Shown here in pieces: positions 51,677 through 64,000 of a DNA stretch of 64,000 nt (its first letter is position 1; each line of letters starts with the position of its first letter). The notes beneath the pieces are model-generated. The model was not told the DNA's origin, did not search any database, and worked only from the letters and a program-made list of their open reading frames with translations. A program made the position numbers and the translations under genes. This stretch comes from Geosiphon pyriformis uo1 (Eukaryota; Fungi; Glomeromycota). The stretch is from the NCBI GenBank assembly GCA_016748015.1, contig JAAOMT010000523.1:1052156-1116155 (forward strand), read 5' to 3'.

Positions 51677-52469
51677 TGTTACAGGTGATTATTTGGGGTC
51701 TCAAATTAAATAACAAACCCATAACTTGGTGCTTGATTAATACAATGATGTTGGTGGTTTCTAAAGGTGGTTTTTCTGAAGGTTATGTTGTGGAGTCCTT
51801 TGAATAATGAACAGAGATTTAATTGATTGTTTTATCTATAGCTTCCCAAAACTGCAGTTTTGTCAAATTTTTTTCTCAACATGGTGGCTGGTAATCCTCC
51901 TGGTAAGCTATCCTCAAATCTATAAGTGTTCTATCTTTGTTTTACAGGTCTTTTACCAGTCTCTATGATGTTTGTATTCCAGTGCTTAATTCTTAATCAA
52001 TTTAGTAAAACCAAAGAAATAACAAAAAGAAATAAAAGAAAATAAAAGAAGATAATGAAATGAGTAAAAGCAATTGCAAGTTAGTATCTTGTCAATAGCC
52101 ATGATCAAGAGCTATTGTTCCAGTGTGGTTAAGTATCAATTACTATCAACATTTTATGTTGATAGTGAAGAATGAATTTGAAATAGAGAATAATTATTTA
52201 TTGATATTTGTGAGTTAAAAGATTGCTTAAATAAAATCTAAACTAAGAGGTTTCTAACTAAAGGATTCTGTCTTTTTTTCTTTTAGCACTACTGCTATAT
52301 ATACATAATTGAGATTTCTCAATTCCTCAATTTTTTACACCAGAAATTCTGAAATTTCTGGAATTCTGCAATTCCTTTTGAGAGAAATTCTGAAATTCCA
52401 CATTTACTACAACTACTTCTAATTGGCTAATTTATACACTAATATACTTTCTATGTTCTATGAGTAACA
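51677..52469 (-). repeat. B2 5' LTR
   Basis: Matches 22937-23792 but has fewer GGAATTC repeat units. Confidence 0.93.
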
Positions 52470-54534
52470 ACATCAAACTTCTGACTCAAGTATTTTTTCT
52501 ATTTCAAGACTGCCCAATAGATTGCTAAGTGTTTTAGCACTGGAGTTCCATAGTTCTTTTCAGCTGGACTTAAGCTTCTGCTGGCATAAGCTACTGGGTG
52601 TTCTCGTCCATCCAGTCTTTTCTGCAATAGTACAGCTCTTAATACTTGACCAGATGCATTAATAGTAATGATGAATGGTTTGCTGTAATCTGGATAAATT
52701 AATATTGGGGCTTGAATAAATTTTCTTCTTAGTGTGTCAAAAGCTTTTTGTTAAATTTCAGTCCATTTGTATTTAGTGTTTTTTGTTTGAAGTTTGTGTA
52801 ATAGTTAAGTTATTTTGGAAAAGTCTTTGATAAAACAGTAATAGTATTCAGCAAATTCCAAGAATGCTCTTAATTTTGTGAGATTCTTTAGTACTAGAAA
52901 GTTCTTAACAATTTCAATCTTATCTGGATTTGTTTTGATACTGTTTTTGTTCACATCATGTTCCAGAAACTTGAGTTCAGTTTTTTCAAAGAAACACTTG
53001 GTTGCATTTAGTTTTAATTCAACTTTTCTTAGTCTTTCAAATACTTGTTAAAGATGGTACAAATGATCATCAAATGTTTTGAAAAACACATTGGTGTTGT
53101 CCAAATATATGACTACTTATTTCTATTGCAGTTCAGTATAGACAATTTTCATAAGCCATTAAAATGTGACTGGAGTATTTATTAAGCTGAATGGCATAAA
53201 CTTAAATTCAAAATTTCTTTCTTGAGTTGTAAATGCCATTTTCTCCTTATCTTCTGGTTTCATGACTATTTGCCAGTAACCACTGTCTAAGTCTAATGTT
53301 GAAAACCATTTTTTTCCTGCAAAAGCATCGAATAGTTTTTAGATTTTTAGAATTAAGTAGTTATCTCCTTTTGTTATTTCATTCAGTTTCCAGTAATCCA
53401 CACAAAAATGGATTTTTCTATTCTTTTTACAGACTAGTACCACTGGTAATGACCATGGGCTCATTAATGACTGAATTAGCCCATTGTTAAGCATCCAATT
53501 AATTTCTTGATGAATAATCTTATGGCTGGCTGGTGGTACTCTGTATGCTTTTTGCTTAATTGGCATTGTATCTCCAGTCTTGATCTGATGCTGGATTATG
53601 TTAGTTTTGCCAAATTTATTTTTACTGGCAAAGATGTTGTTGAAATTGTTGAGTAACATCTTGAGCTGCATATGTTGTAGTGAGTCTAGATTTTTTAAGT
53701 TTATTTGTTCCAATTATTCTGGTTGGAGCAAATAACATTCTTCTCATTCATATATTGTTTGTGATGTGATATCCACATATTCACACAGTTGTGGAAAATC
53801 TGCAATAGTGTTTGGTAGCTGGTCCTCAATTTCAGTGATTAAATACCCAATAATAGTTTTTTCTGGTATTTTGATGATGTTTCCTATATTATTGTAAATG
53901 GGAATTTTGATTTAACTATGGTTTTTTTCTGATATGTGTAGATTAACTAATTCAATCTTTTCTGATTCACAAAGTGTGGCTTCTGCTTCAAAAATCTGAA
54001 TCTGGTCCTTTACTTTTTTTTCTATGATTAACATGTACTGGTCATATGATGGAATAGAAATTGATTGATGAGTGGAGATAATTTCTCTCTTGTTAATAAC
54101 TTCTTCTTTTGCTATATTAACTGGTACATTTATTCTACCTGTGGATTCAAAACCCTGTATTCCTCTAGCTATAATTTCTAATTTTTTCCTGTTTCCCATT
54201 AATATTAATTGAGCTATTTTAACCAGAGACAGGAATATTGCTTGTGTTATCTTTTTATTTGGCTCTATAATATAGATCTTTTCTGAATCATTTTATAGCA
54301 TTGCAATAATATTTCCCACATATTCTGCATCAATTATTTCTTCTCTGATGTTGATTTCTTTTTTTGCTAAACTACTCCTGGATGCTAGTTGAACTATTGT
54401 TGTTGCTGAAATTTTTAGTGCTACTTTGAAATCAATGCAAATGTATGAATGTGGTTCCAATTTAATGGCATCTTTTCCTGGATATCTCAAATCAAATCCT
54501 GCATCAGTATTATGTGTGTGTTCTGGCATGATAC
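52470..54534 (-). pseudogene. B1 dUTPase, RT, RNase H
   Basis: DAGFDLRYP, ASRSSLA, IIDAEYVG, RGIQGFESTG; SPWSLP, FCVDY, YLDN. Confidence 0.9.
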
Positions 54535-55209
54535 TGTTATGGTTGAAACTTATACTTTTTATTAATTATCACATGTATTAGCCACTGATGTCACATAAAT
54601 TAGCCACTCTATTTTTAGAAAGTGATTATTGATCTGATCAATGATCTGACTGTTAACCTGATTATTGACCTGATTATTGACCACTTTTGACAGCTATATA
54701 AGTGATGAATCTATTAGCTGTAAAAAAGCATGCAAGAATCAAAGAAATAAAGAAATAAAATAACAACTTTCATCTTAATCCTTCTCTTATCACTAATTTC
54801 TCTTTCCCTATCTTTAAGTATCTGAACATCTTAAAGAAAAAAGACTACTTGTTGGCTTTTACCTACCCTTTTCCTGAAACGTGTAATTGCATTTGAAGAT
54901 TATTAAATAAAACATGACTAAAAAGCATATTTGATACTTGATATTGAATTTTAAGAGTGCCAACATAAGACATAGAATTATACCAAGTGTGATCTTTTGT
55001 TAACAGTACAGACTATCTCTCTACCTTTAAATTCCCTGGTTATCTTTGAAAAGTATAGCAACTGAGATATTTTATGAGACTAATCTCTTATATTGAATCC
55101 ATACTCATTCAATTTGCTTTTTGAAGTTGAATTCTCTTTGATTATTTTTATCATCCTACAATTCTGTTCCCCCTTGCTATCTGTTAGCTTGTTACTCCAA
55201 CCCATAACA
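54535..55209 (+). repeat. C 5' LTR
   Basis: TGTTATGG...CCATAACA; 12-bp TGACCTGATTAT repeats before TATATAAG. Confidence 0.92.
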
Positions 55210-55729
55210 TAAAAGTGGTACTCTCTGTGAGATTGTCAAAATCCACTTTGTTTCCTATTGTATGGGTAATTATTTATATCTGCCATAACAATCAAAAGAA
55301 CACTTTGAAGCACACAACAAAAATGATCTAGACTTTATTGAACTTAATCTTTTGCCCTCCTGCTTGATTTGCTTCCCCATTGAAGAACAATCCAGCAGAC
55401 AATTCTAAAACTTTTGGAACTGGTTCCTAAATGAGCATTCAGCTGAAACCTACACAGCTTATACAACCTATTACTTTGATCAAGCTTATCTTGAAAACAA
55501 CTGTAAAGAAAAAAACAACAGCATTAATCAACTTTTATACTCAACAACCTTTGAACAACAGCCTCCTGATTTTGAATATCTGAATCATCAAATCCACATT
55601 TGGATTGCTGCCTATCAATCAACTGAAACTTTTCTTGAAACAGAAAAAGAAAGCTATCAAACTGCTCCTGTTTTTGATCTCTTTTCAAGTGAATCAGAAC
55701 ACTCCACACAAACAGTTATACCTGAACCA

Positions 55730-58700
55730 ATGGCTCAAGACCCTCTGCAACAAAACATTCTGATCACCCTTCAAGGCATACAGACTGCTTTAGGGCGAAA
55801 AAACAATATCTTATTACTGTTATTTAGAGGTAATGCCCAAGATCCAATCAAATGGCTGGATGATTTTGAAAGAGCTATTACAACCAACCAGTATAATGAA
55901 AAATACAAGTTCCAAATTGTTGGTGGCTATCTCCAAAACTATTTTGCTACTTGGTTCTTACAAGAAACTAATACTAATGCTTAACAAAGAATCATTAGAT
56001 GGGCACCAGCAAATGCTGAAAAAGACAACACCTTTTTCACTATCCAGTTTGAAATGAAATTTAGAACTCCCATCTTAATCTCAAAATGGCGTATGAAATT
56101 AAAAAAAAGAACTCAAGGCCCTGGTGAAGTTGTGACAGAATATGCCAAAGCAATAAAAAAACTCATTAAACAGGTAGACTCTGGAAGAAATTGGACAAAA
56201 AAACAGAAAATACATTCCTTCACAAAAAAACTAAAAACTAATCTATTATATGCTCTTTGGCCTCTCTTGACTTTAAAAAACAACCCAACAATGGACATGA
56301 CCATTGAACTTGCCCAACGAATTGAAGACAACCAAAGAATGCACTTGGGATCCACACTTCTAGTTTTTGCTCCTGCTCTTATTATGGCTCCTGTTCTTAT
56401 TATGGCTTCTGCTTCACAAATGGCTGCTATCTCTTTTGCTGCCCAAACTCAAGATCCAAATAAACATTTAATAGATAGACTTACAACAAATTTTGCCTGG
56501 CTATTAAAACCTTTGGCCCAAGCAGTAAAAGAGAATCAACAATTCCAAAGACTCAGATTTGAACTCCATTTCAATTAGCCCCAGCAACCACCATATCAAA
56601 GACAACAAAATCGTGGCCCACCTGTGTGTTATCACTGTGGACTAACTGAACACTTCTCAAGAGACTGCAACAATTCTCCATTGCCCCTTCCAGCTCCTAG
56701 AAACAATAACAATCAAAACAACAGAACCACCAACAATAATGTTCCCAACCAAAGACTTAATCATGCCAACTTCAATTTTTTTGGAGAGGATCCCCTAGTT
56801 GAAGCCACTGTTTATCAGCCTTTAAACTGGTAGATGTATCTCCAAAGGGTGAGAGTGCAAACCAACTAGAAGAAAATCTCTTTTCTGCTTTTAACCTAAC
56901 TGATGATAATTATGATATGAATGAACTAGCAATCAACACCTCCAAATCAACCAGAAAAAAGAAAAAAGCCAAGATTGATTTTGTTTTGGACCCAAACAAA
57001 GCATCCAAATCATCTGTTGATAATAATGAGCCACCAAAGGCTAAGGTTTTTAAAAATCCTCCAAAGTTGGAATCTCCAGAAATTGTACAAAAATCTGGAC
57101 CCTATTCTGTTGTTAAAGATCTCATGGAAATCCCAGCACACATTACATTTGGCCAACTAATGACCCATCCACAATTCAGAAAAAATCTTTGTAAATCATT
57201 GATATCCAAAAAAAAGACACCAAAGACTAACAACGCCTATGTCAAGCTGGATTTGCTAACAACAGCAATGTTACCTCTCTGATTTGCAAAGCCCAAGTGA
57301 CTGGCTACTTTATCAATTTAATTCTAGACAGTGGATTATCTGTCAGTGTAATTGCCAAACACTTTCTAGAAGCCATTGGAAGAAAGATTGATGAACCTTC
57401 TATCCAGCCTATGACCAATGTACATGGTGACAAGAAGAAAGACCTGGGCATAGCCAAAGCTATTCCTGTTTACATTAATGGTATCAGTATTGAAACTAAT
57501 ATGGAAGTATCTAAAACAAAAGAGTACACCATAATTGTTGGCAATAAGTGGCTTAAGAAAGCTAAAGCACTACTTGACTATGAGCTTTGTGAACTAACCA
57601 TCAGATGTGGTAAGAAACTCATTGTGGTTAAATGCTGTTATTGAACAACTCCTCCAGTAATCAAACAGAACCAAAAAAAAAACAATCAAATAAATCAGAT
57701 AATAATGAGAGTGATGATGAAGATCAAGAAGAACAAGAAGAAACTGCTGAACTTGCCTACACCATTTTCACCAGCAATGGCAAGCCACTGAATAATGTTA
57801 AAGCTGACAAAGAAGGAATCATGGTAAATGGCAAGCTGACCTGCTGGCCTTACTATGATATCCTCAGAAGAACCTTTGACAGAAAACCTAGCAAGAAAGC
57901 CAAATACAGTTATTGGTGACATGGCCCTTGTGCACAATACTAATGCAATAAACTTTTGTATTTACCAAGTGATGAATGCAAATCATGTCTGATCTATTAC
58001 AAAGATTGGGAACCAATTAGCTTGATACCTAGAGAAGAACTTAAAAAAGTACAAAAGTCCTTTGAAAATGAACCACCTGAAATCCAATCACTAGTTGTAA
58101 AACAAAGAGAACTTTTCTCTAAAAAAAAAAAATAGACATTAAGAATTTGCTGGTTAGAAATAGCCCAGTTATCTCAAAAGAAGGTAATACCCCTGAACAA
58201 ACCCATGTGATACAACACACCATCACCACCAAAAACACTCGCCTCATCCATTTGAAGCCTTATTAATCCAATCAACACAATGATGAGTTTATTAAGAAAG
58301 AAATAAACCGAATGAAAAATCTTGGATTCATACAAGAAAACAAAAGTGAATGAGCTTTTCCAGTTGTAGTGATACTCAAGAAAGGTAGAACTCTATGCTT
58401 TTGTGTTGACTACTGCCAATTAAATGCCATCACTATAAGAGACATATATTCACTCCCCAAAATTGATATAATGCTAAATAAATTCAATAGTACTGCTTTC
58501 TTCTCAACCATTGATTTAACTGCTGGATTTTGGCAAGTAGAAATGAATTCAGAAAGCAGAAAGAAAACTGTCTTCATTACCAAGTATGGCACCTATGAAT
58601 TTACAGTTATGTTTTTTGGTCTCACCAATGCTCCTCCTATCTTTTAACACCTAATGGATAAAGTGTTTGAATCAGTAAAAAAAAACTTTGTTCTGGTTTA

Positions 58701-59508
58701 CTTGGACAACATAATGGTATACTCAAACACCTGGGATAAACACCTTAAACATCTGCAAAAGGTTTTTGACCTCCTTAAAAATGCTGGCCTTAAAATCAAC
58801 CCAATCAAATCTTTCTTTGGATACCAATCCACCCAATTTCTTGGTTATCTTGTTACAAAAGATGGAATCTTTTCTGATCCAGCTAAAGTTAAAAAAGTTC
58901 AGAACATTAAACAACCAATGAATGTTCCTGAACTATGCTTTTTCCTTGGTTTGGCCTTTTACTACCACAAATTTATCAAGAATTTCTCTAAAATTGCCTT
59001 TTCTTTCAATCAGCTACTCAGAAAAAATGTCAATTATTACTGGGACACTCATCAACAAAAAGCTTTTGAATTTCTGAAAGAAAAACTTGTTACTGAATCA
59101 ATTCTCAAACAATTTGATCTGGACCAACCTTTTATCCTCCACACTGATGCATCTGGCTATGAACTTGGTGCTGTTTTTTTACAAAAAGACGAAAATAACA
59201 GAAAACATGCCATAGCATATGCCAGTAGATCCCTCACACCAATAGAAAAGAACTATTCAGTTACTAAACAAGAATGTTTAGCAGTAGTTTGGGCTACCAA
59301 CTACTGGGATCAATATCTTCTTGGTGCAAAATTCTTAGTGGTAACAGATCATTAAGCCTTGGTTTGGCTGCACAAGAAAAAAAAGCTGGAACACAAATGA
59401 ATAACTCACTGGATACTTCACTTGGATGAATTCAACTATGATATTCAACACTGCAAAGAAGCAAATCATCAAAACACTGATGCTCTATCTAGACTTACCA
59501 TCCAGTAA
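55730..59508 (+). pseudogene. C gag-PR-RT-RNase H; the frame extends upstream to about 55290
   Basis: Capsid QDPIKWLDDFE, knuckle CYHCGLTEHFSRDC, protease LILDSG, FCVDY, YLDN, HTDASG. TAA-TAG after LSRLTIQ. Confidence 0.9.
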
Positions 59509-59572
59509 TAGTACAACCTCTCAAACCAAACCAACTTAATTATTAATAAATCTTTTACAAACAAACACGATA

Positions 59573-60803
59573 ATAGACTTGGACAACTACTCTGCCTTAA
59601 TGGAATTTTTGGATAAAGAACAATATCCACCAGAATACACTTGACAGCAAAGAGAACATTTGTGTAAACAATCAAATTTCTATTTGATCCACCAGAATCA
59701 ATTATATAAAAGAAACAGAAAAAATTCTAATCATTACCAAAAAGTTATCAGTTTTGAAGAAGAAAAAATTGTAATATACAACATGCACACTAACCCATTA
59801 GCTGGACACTTTGGAAAAACAAAAACAATTCAGAAAACTTTAGCTTGCTATTATTGGCCTACCTTGGAAAAAGACATTGCTGAATACATCAAAACCTGTG
59901 ATATCTGCCAAAGAAGAGACAAACCCAATTGCAAAGAAGATATCCATCCAATCTCTGTTGGTCAACCATTTGACAGAATTGGTATAGATGTTGTTAGACC
60001 TTTAACAATAACTCCTAATGGCAACAGATATATTATTACAGTTACTGACTATCTTACAAAGTGGGTAGAAACAAGAGCCACCCCAGACCAAACAGCAGTC
60101 TCAATAGCCAATTTCATTTATAAAGATATTATCTGCTGTTATAGCTGCCCCAAAAAACTTTTATCTGATTGAGAAAGAGCTTTTCTCAGTACACTGGTTG
60201 AAGAACTTTGTAGAAAAATGTGAATACATCATAAACTTTCCTCCTCTTATCACCCCCAAACAAATGGCCTAGTGAAACATTTTAATAGAACACTATGTAA
60301 AACCCTAACCAAAACCAGTGAAGAAACAAACTTATAGGACAAAGTACTGCCATCAGCTTTGTTTGCTTATAGAACTGTGAATTATGACATAACAAGTTAT
60401 GAATCTTTTTATCTGCTCTATGGATGCATGGCAACACTACTAATAGAAACTAACATTAAAACAATATTCTTTGAAGAGATCACAATAGGAAATTACAAAG
60501 ACATTTTGCAAAGAAGACTTGGTACTATTCTTGACTCCTTGGTAGAAGCACAAATAATTGCTTTTAAAAAGATGTTCTAACAGAGATAATGTTTATGGTG
60601 ATAAATTTTCTAGCCAGTAGAAAGAACTCTTTATAGTCAACAAAGTTTTGAACAATGGTTCTTATATTCTTTAAGATCAATCTGAAACAATCTTCAATGA
60701 TTGTCCTGTTTATGTTACACGACTCAAGAAATATCATAAATGACCTGATTGGCTGCCTATTGTAGTAATACTGACTCAAATGATCAGCAAAAATCAAGTA
60801 TAA
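59573..60803 (+). pseudogene. C integrase, separate ORF (start decayed to ATA)
   Basis: (M)DLDNYSALMEFL..QYPPEY, MHTNPLAGHFG..CDICQ, GIDVV, SYHPQTNG. The 3' end is approximate. Confidence 0.88.
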
Positions 60804-60844
60804 ATAAATGTACTATTTCCAAAACAGAGGTATCTTCAATCAAC

Positions 60845-61264
60845 ATGAACAATTATTTTTTGAATCAAAACATTCAAAATGCCTTCTATACTCTTCATGA
60901 GTATTGGATCAAAAACTATCTAAATGCTACTTTGACCATTGAAAAACAAACCACCATAACTGATAACAGTAGAACACATACTGTTATTAGACCAAAGATA
61001 ACTACTACCAGAAGAGAAAAAATTGGTAGCAAAATGGATAAATATCTGTTGGAGAGTATAATAGCAGCTATACTTCTACCTTCCAACACAAGTGGAAAAA
61101 CACTTCAAGAAATCTTATCCATAGACAAAAACTTGTCATATGGAAGGCAATTGGAACTCTATGGTTACCTTGATGAAATTATAAAGGATATGAAACTGAT
61201 AAAAAAAACAACTTCAGAGATACAGGCAGAAATTTTGGGCATTATACAGTTAGCTTTGAGTTAG
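60845..61264 (+). pseudogene. C ORF3, apparently 3'-truncated
   Basis: Same position as ORF3 in A and B. N-terminus NQNIQNAF...LTIEKQ resembles PQNIQQL...ITI. Confidence 0.6.
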
Positions 61265-61337
61265 ATAAAACCCTTCTAATAGATTACACTATAAATAGCT
61301 TGATTTTGCTGGAGCTCAATCTCTTTGAAGAGGATAA

Positions 61338-62015
61338 TGTTATAGTTAAAACTTATATTTCTTATTAATTATCACATGTATTAGCCACTGATGTCACATA
61401 AATTAGCCACTTTATTTTTAGAAAGTGATCATTGACTTGATCAATAACTTAACTGTTGACTTAATTATTGACCTGATTATTGACCATTTTTGACAGCTAT
61501 ATAAGCAATGAATCTATTAGTTATAGAAAAGCATGCAAGAATCAAAGAAATAAAAAAATAAAATAACAACTTTTATCTTAATCTTTCTTTTATTGCTAAT
61601 TTCTCTTTCCCTACCTTCAAATATCTAAACATCTTAAAGATAAAAAATTATTTGTTGGTCTTTACCTACCCTTTTCTTGAAACGTGTAATTGCAACATTT
61701 GAAAATTATTGAATAAAACGTGACTGAAGAGTACATTTAATACTTGATATTGAATTCTAAGAGCACTGACATGAAGCATAGAATTATACCAAGTGTAATC
61801 ATTTGTTGACAGTATGAACTATTCCTTTACCTTCAAATTCCCTGGTTATCTTTGAAAAGTATAGCAACTGAGATATTTTATGAGACTGATTTTACACATT
61901 GAATCCATATTCATTTAATTCACTCTTTAAAATTGAATTCTCTTTGATTATTTTTATTACCTTACAATTCTGTTCCCCCTTGCTATCCATTAGCTTGTTA
62001 CTCCAATCTGTAACA
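61338..62015 (+). repeat. C 3' LTR
   Basis: Direct repeat of 54535-55209. Confidence 0.92.
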
Positions 62016-64000
62016 ATATCTTCATCATTATTGCTGAACCATTTCAGTTCCTGCTCCTTGGTAAAATCAGAGAGTACAATATATTGTTCAGGATTTAAAT
62101 CTAAATCTAAATTATTGTTGTTGTTGCCAATTTGCATAAAGCTGGAATCATTGTTTTTGTCATCATCATTGTCAGAGTTTAAATTGGAATTGAAAGTTGA
62201 TTCTAATTCTGATGTGCAGCTGCTGATTGGTTTTTTCTTTTTTGGGATTGTGTATATCATGCATGGCAGTGAATTGTAAATAAGATTATATTTATTACAA
62301 TATTAAAAGTCACATGGAATTAAACAATAGTTACATAGTTGGGTGTTGATTTCTTCCAAGTGTTGTTCTTGCTCTTCTCTGGTAAGTGCCAGTTGTTGGT
62401 AGTGTTCATAGAATTTTTTAGGATCATCCTCAATGTTGCCAAAGACATTAAACATTTGAACATATTCAGGTTCTGAAAGTGATAAGAGGTTGTTTTTGAT
62501 TTTTAGTAGTTTACTGGTCATTGCATCTTCTACTTTTGCACTTGCCATTTTCCAGATCTCATGTTTATCATAAGGATATCCTTTTAGTTATTACAGTACT
62601 TTTTTCTATATATCATTGATTGAGGTTTTTTTGTGCATCCAATTGTTTATTAGGATAGTATATTGACATGTTTTGTCACACATTTCTCCATGCCCAGAAA
62701 TGTCATTCCACATTTCTTTGTTAGGCAAGATTGTTTTACAAGTTAGACAAGGTTTGTTGTCCTATTTTCTTTGCCTCTTTAGTTTTTCAAACCATTCTAG
62801 AATGCATAAGTGGCAATAAAACTTGGTTGCAGTAAGATATTCTTCATTATTGCCACAGTATGTGCCCATTGATAACAATTTCTTGCCACAATCAACACAT
62901 ACTAGTTTTGGTCAGTAATAATTAGACTGGTGTGGTGGAAAGTAGGTATATAGTGTATAAGTAAAGGTAGTGGCTGGTGCTGATTCTTTTTTTTTCTTCT
63001 TTTCTTTTTCTTTTTTTTCTTAAGTCCAAATTGGTGGCCACTTACTTTGGTTATTATTATTCCAATAACTTTGGTTGGTTTTCCAGATAGGTTCTTCTTT
63101 TCTTTTTTCCTTTTTTTTGTTATCTTATGATGATATTGGCAGTAATTTGTTGTGGTCAGTGTCAGTCCAGAAAACTTGGTACACTTTCCAGGTAGATTTT
63201 TCTTTTTTATTGTCAAACTTAATGAGTAGTACTAGTGCATTGTTACTGAGTTTGAAATGATCACACATTGCTGGTACTCATGTGTGTTGTCTATTTTGAC
63301 TAAATTGCAATTCCTGAGTAGTCCAGTTAAGCATTGCATTTGTTTTGGACAGGCAATTATTACCAATAAGTCCTTAATATTGAGTGGCTTCTATGACTAA
63401 TACCTTAATTAATATGATGATGCCATTAACTTCTATAGAGAAGTTATCAATCTTGCCAATTGGAGTTTTGGTCATTCCATTAGCTGTTATAATTTTGGCA
63501 CTGGCAGTGTGATCAATTCAGCAACCTAATTGGTCTATGAGTTGTTATATAATAATGTTGTCTGCTGAATCACTATCTAGAATCAGTTTTATGGCCTGAC
63601 TATTGACTTTAGCATTAGTGTACATAGCAGTGATAGATTTTTCTTTGAATGCAGCTCCACTAAACAATGGTGTTTGTGATAATTCCTCAAATTCAAATGG
63701 GAAAATTGCTGCTAGTAATTCATTATTGGTTACAGTGGCTAGAGGTATGTTGCTGGTAAGTGATTTGTTTTGGTTGAGTTCTTAATTGTTGGATAAGGCA
63801 TTTTTTGGGATAACCAGAAGACTTAAATAGTGTTGAAAATTTGGGTTTTGGGCATATCTAGTCTCCAAATTCCGAGAATGTGTTTCTGATTGTTGGATAG
63901 AAAAACTGGAAATTAGTTAATAGACAATCATTGCTGATTTTCAGTTTTGTTGTGTTATTTTCGGCTTTTGTGTTCTAGTTTGAGGTAAGTTTTGTGGTGG
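62016..64000 (-). pseudogene. B1 gag C-terminal linker, protease and Cys-rich domain
   Basis: Protease KLILDSDSADNII, CVDCGKKLLSMG, CLTCK, CNYCLIPCDF; colinear with B2 28140-30110. Confidence 0.88.

Larger units (their letters stand above)
22937..52469 (-). mobile_element. Gypsy element B2, full length, interrupted by A2/A3 at 31052-50626
   Basis: Paired LTRs, PBS and PPT. TSD ACAT at 22933-22936 and 52470-52473, inside the B1 RNase H. Confidence 0.93.
54535..62015 (+). mobile_element. Gypsy element C, full length, without dUTPase
   Basis: LTRs 54535-55209 and 61338-62015; PBS TGGTACTCTCTGTGAG (55216-55231); PPT GAAGAGGATAA; TSD ATAC/ATAT. Confidence 0.93.
19813..64000 (-). mobile_element. 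Gypsy element B1, the outer host; own sequence 19813-22936, 52470-54534 and 62016-64000, continuing past the window
   Basis: The pieces rejoin colinearly with B2 once the B2 and C insertions and one TSD copy of each are removed. Confidence 0.88.

Noticed and set aside
54525-54540. C insertion and A1 truncation both fall at the dUTPase N-terminus, suggesting a hotspot
   Set aside because: Two events of different type in different families; chance is a sufficient explanation.

Overview
This window holds no recognisable host gene. It is an AT-rich eukaryotic repeat region, probably fungal; the proteins resemble Glomeromycotina TE proteins, which is recollection and unverified. It is built from two RNase-H-bearing LINEs (796-3289, 3696-9661) and nested Ty3/Gypsy LTR retrotransposons of three families, called A, B and C here. 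Most of the nesting can be read from 4-bp target-site duplications. B1 (minus, 19813 to beyond 64000) contains B2 (22937-52469, TSD ACAT) and C (54535-62015, TSD ATAC). B2 contains A2 (31052-50626, TSD ATAG), and A3 (from 31828) sits in A2's 5' LTR. A1 (9662-14990) interrupts LINE-2 and carries a solo B-type LTR (12846-13726). All copies are pseudogenised, mainly by C>T/G>A changes. The main finding is a shared three-cistron layout. (1) gag-protease-RT-RNase H is one frame ending in a stop; families A and B add a long Cys-rich domain and a dUTPase between protease and RT. (2) Integrase is a separate ORF with its own start after a 30-64 nt spacer and has a GIN1/Ginger-like N-terminus. (3) An extra non-env ORF3 of about 210-240 aa lies before or across the PPT. 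Families A and B also have a candidate GUG-initiated Gag N-terminal extension. All three families share a conserved pre-PPT motif and carry family-specific repeat arrays in their LTRs.
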